DNA of 7,327 nucleotides from a virus (Duplodnaviria; Heunggongvirae; Uroviricota; Caudoviricetes): positions 1 through 7,327 of IMG/VR virus record IMGVR_UViG_2778261418_000025. One strand, given 5' to 3'. The translations under genes were made by a program, and so were the position numbers. Shown here one piece after another: positions 5,991 through 7,327 of the stretch (position 1 is its first letter; each line of letters opens with the position of its first letter). The notes beneath the pieces are model-generated. The model was not told the DNA's origin and made no database searches. It saw nothing but the letters and a program-made list of their open reading frames with translations.

Positions 5991-7031
5991 ATGAGCGTTC
6001 GTAAACTTCCTACAGGCGAATGGATCGCCGACTTCTACACCGTCAACCGCAGTAATGGCAAGAACGGGAAGCGTATACGTAAAAAATTTGCCACGAAAGG
6101 GGAAGCCCTGGCATTCGAAAACCATACGCTTCAGAAAGTAGACGCAGCTCCGTGGCTGGGTGAAGGGAAGGACAAGCGAACTTTAATAGATCTGATAACA
6201 ATGTGGTATGAACGCCACGGCGTAGCTTTGAGCAATGGCGAAAAGCGTAAAAATGCTATGACCTGGGCGGCGGAATGCATGGGATTCCCGCTGGCCACAG
6301 AATTTAATGCCCAGTTGTTCACAGCCTACCGCGCTAAAAGGCTGGATGGGCATTATGCCCGTACCAACAGAGTATCTAAGGTTTCCCCGAAAACTATGAA
6401 CCTTGAACATGCTTACTTCCTGGCTATGTTCAACGAGCTGAAACGGATTGGTGAATGGTCAGCACCCAACCCACTAGAAAACGTCAGACAGTATCGTACT
6501 GATGAAACCGAAATGGCTTTCCTCACTACCGAAGAAATTGATCGGCTTTTACTGGAATGCAAACGAAGTAAAGTTAAGTACCTAGAATTAGTTGTCAAAA
6601 TCTGCCTTGCTACCGGCGCAAGGTGGAATGAGGCGGCAACGCTGAAAAGCTCCCAGATCGCCGGGGGTAAAGTCACGTTCGTCAAAACCAAAGGGAAGCG
6701 CAACAGAACAATTCCCCTTGATGATGAACTTCTGTCCGAATTACCTGAAACAAAAGGCGCTCTGTTCCCCAAGCCCTGCTACAACGCTTTCCGCTCTGCT
6801 CTGGAACGTGCAGGCATTGAACTCCCCTCCGGCCAGCTTACCCATGTACTGCGCCATACATTTGCCAGCCACTTTATGATGAACGGCGGAAACATTCTGG
6901 TTCTGCAAAAAATTCTCGGCCACGCTGACATCACTATGACAATGCGTTATGCCCATTTCGCCCCAAGCCACCTTGAAGATGCCGTGCGACTTAACCCCTT
7001 AAAATGTCGCAAAAATGTCGCGACAGCTTAG
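5991..7031 (+). CDS. int: Tyrosine site-specific integrase (P2/186 Int family), 346 aa
   Basis: N-terminus MSVRKLPTGEWIADFYTVNRSNGKNGKRIRKKF resembles P2 Int (MAIKKLDDGRYEVDIRPTGRNGKRIRRKF, recalled). Catalytic motifs present: TGARWNEA, HVLRHTFASHF, LGHADITMTMRYAHF. ATG lies 1 nt after the cI stop (TAAaATG). Confidence 0.9.
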   Translation: MSVRKLPTGEWIADFYTVNRSNGKNGKRIRKKFATKGEALAFENHTLQKVDAAPWLGEGKDKRTLIDLITMWYERHGVALSNGEKRKNAMTWAAECMGFPLATEFNAQLFTAYRAKRLDGHYARTNRVSKVSPKTMNLEHAYFLAMFNELKRIGEWSAPNPLENVRQYRTDETEMAFLTTEEIDRLLLECKRSKVKYLELVVKICLATGARWNEAATLKSSQIAGGKVTFVKTKGKRNRTIPLDDELLSELPETKGALFPKPCYNAFRSALERAGIELPSGQLTHVLRHTFASHFMMNGGNILVLQKILGHADITMTMRYAHFAPSHLEDAVRLNPLKCRKNVATA

Positions 7032-7198
7032 AAATACTGCCGAATACTCACAGATATTAACTAACGTAACTTATTGATAACACTGTAAGTTATTGTTTTT
7101 CGTAGATAGTTGATGCTTTATAATATAGCCTGTGCTATATCTGTATGTAATGCAATCATCCCTCAAGGATCGACGGGATTAGCAAGTCAGGAGGTCTT
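7032..7198. other. AT-rich att-proximal region downstream of int (probable prophage end / Int arm-site region); core not identified
   Basis: Immediately 3' of int, where P2-like phages carry attP. Visibly AT-rich with short direct repeats (AATACT at 7033 and 7043; TTATTG at 7071 and 7090) and a TATAAT at 7119-7124. No tRNA-like sequence recognised. Confidence 0.35.
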
Positions 7199-7327
7199 AT
7201 GAATGAGTTCAAGAGGTGTATGCGCGTGTTTAGTCATTCTCCCTTTAAAGTACGGTTAATGCTGCTCTCTATGTTGTGCGATATGGTCAACAACAAACCG
7301 CAGCAAGATAAACCTTCCGATAAATAG
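7199..7327 (+). CDS. Small ORF, 42 aa (MNEFKRCMRVFSHSPFKVRLMLLSMLCDMVNNKPQQDKPSDK), unknown function
   Basis: Consensus SD AGGAGG (7189-7194) 4 nt before the ATG at 7199; stop TAG at 7325-7327. Too short to appear in the ORF track. May lie outside the prophage. Confidence 0.4.
   Translation: MNEFKRCMRVFSHSPFKVRLMLLSMLCDMVNNKPQQDKPSDK

Noticed and set aside
7032-7198. tRNA gene as integration target next to int
   Set aside because: No tRNA-like acceptor or T-arm sequence (e.g. GGTTCGAATCC) is present. The region is simply AT-rich.
1-7327. CRISPR array or rRNA/tRNA genes
   Set aside because: No regularly spaced direct repeats with unique spacers and no structured RNA gene signatures were seen on either strand.

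Overview
This window reads as the immunity-proximal end of a P2/186-family prophage from an enterobacterium, apparently degraded by internal deletions. Lysogenic genes are on + and the early lytic operon on -. From right to left: an AT-rich att-proximal end with a 42-aa ORF (7199-7327); a tyrosine integrase (5991-7031, +); a 186-type CI repressor (5408-5989, +); a ~135-bp switch region with a consensus TTGACA -35 on the minus strand flanked by TCGAGA-type inverted repeats; then on the minus strand an Apl/Cox-like gene, a 186-CII-like gene, a 57-aa ORF absent from the supplied track, two unknown co-translated ORFs (142 and 133 aa), an Ala-rich 77-aa ORF, a Dam-type methyltransferase that loses frame just after its DPPY motif, an internal fragment of the rolling-circle initiator gpA, the 3' part of a side tail fibre gene with its Tfa chaperone, and a small secreted protein at the left edge. 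The dam/A and A/stf junctions suggest the replication, packaging and most structural genes were deleted while the immunity module stayed intact. No rRNA, tRNA or CRISPR array was seen. All homology statements rest on recalled sequences and motifs, not on searches. The most open questions are the unknown early-operon ORFs and the secreted protein at the post-tfa cargo position.
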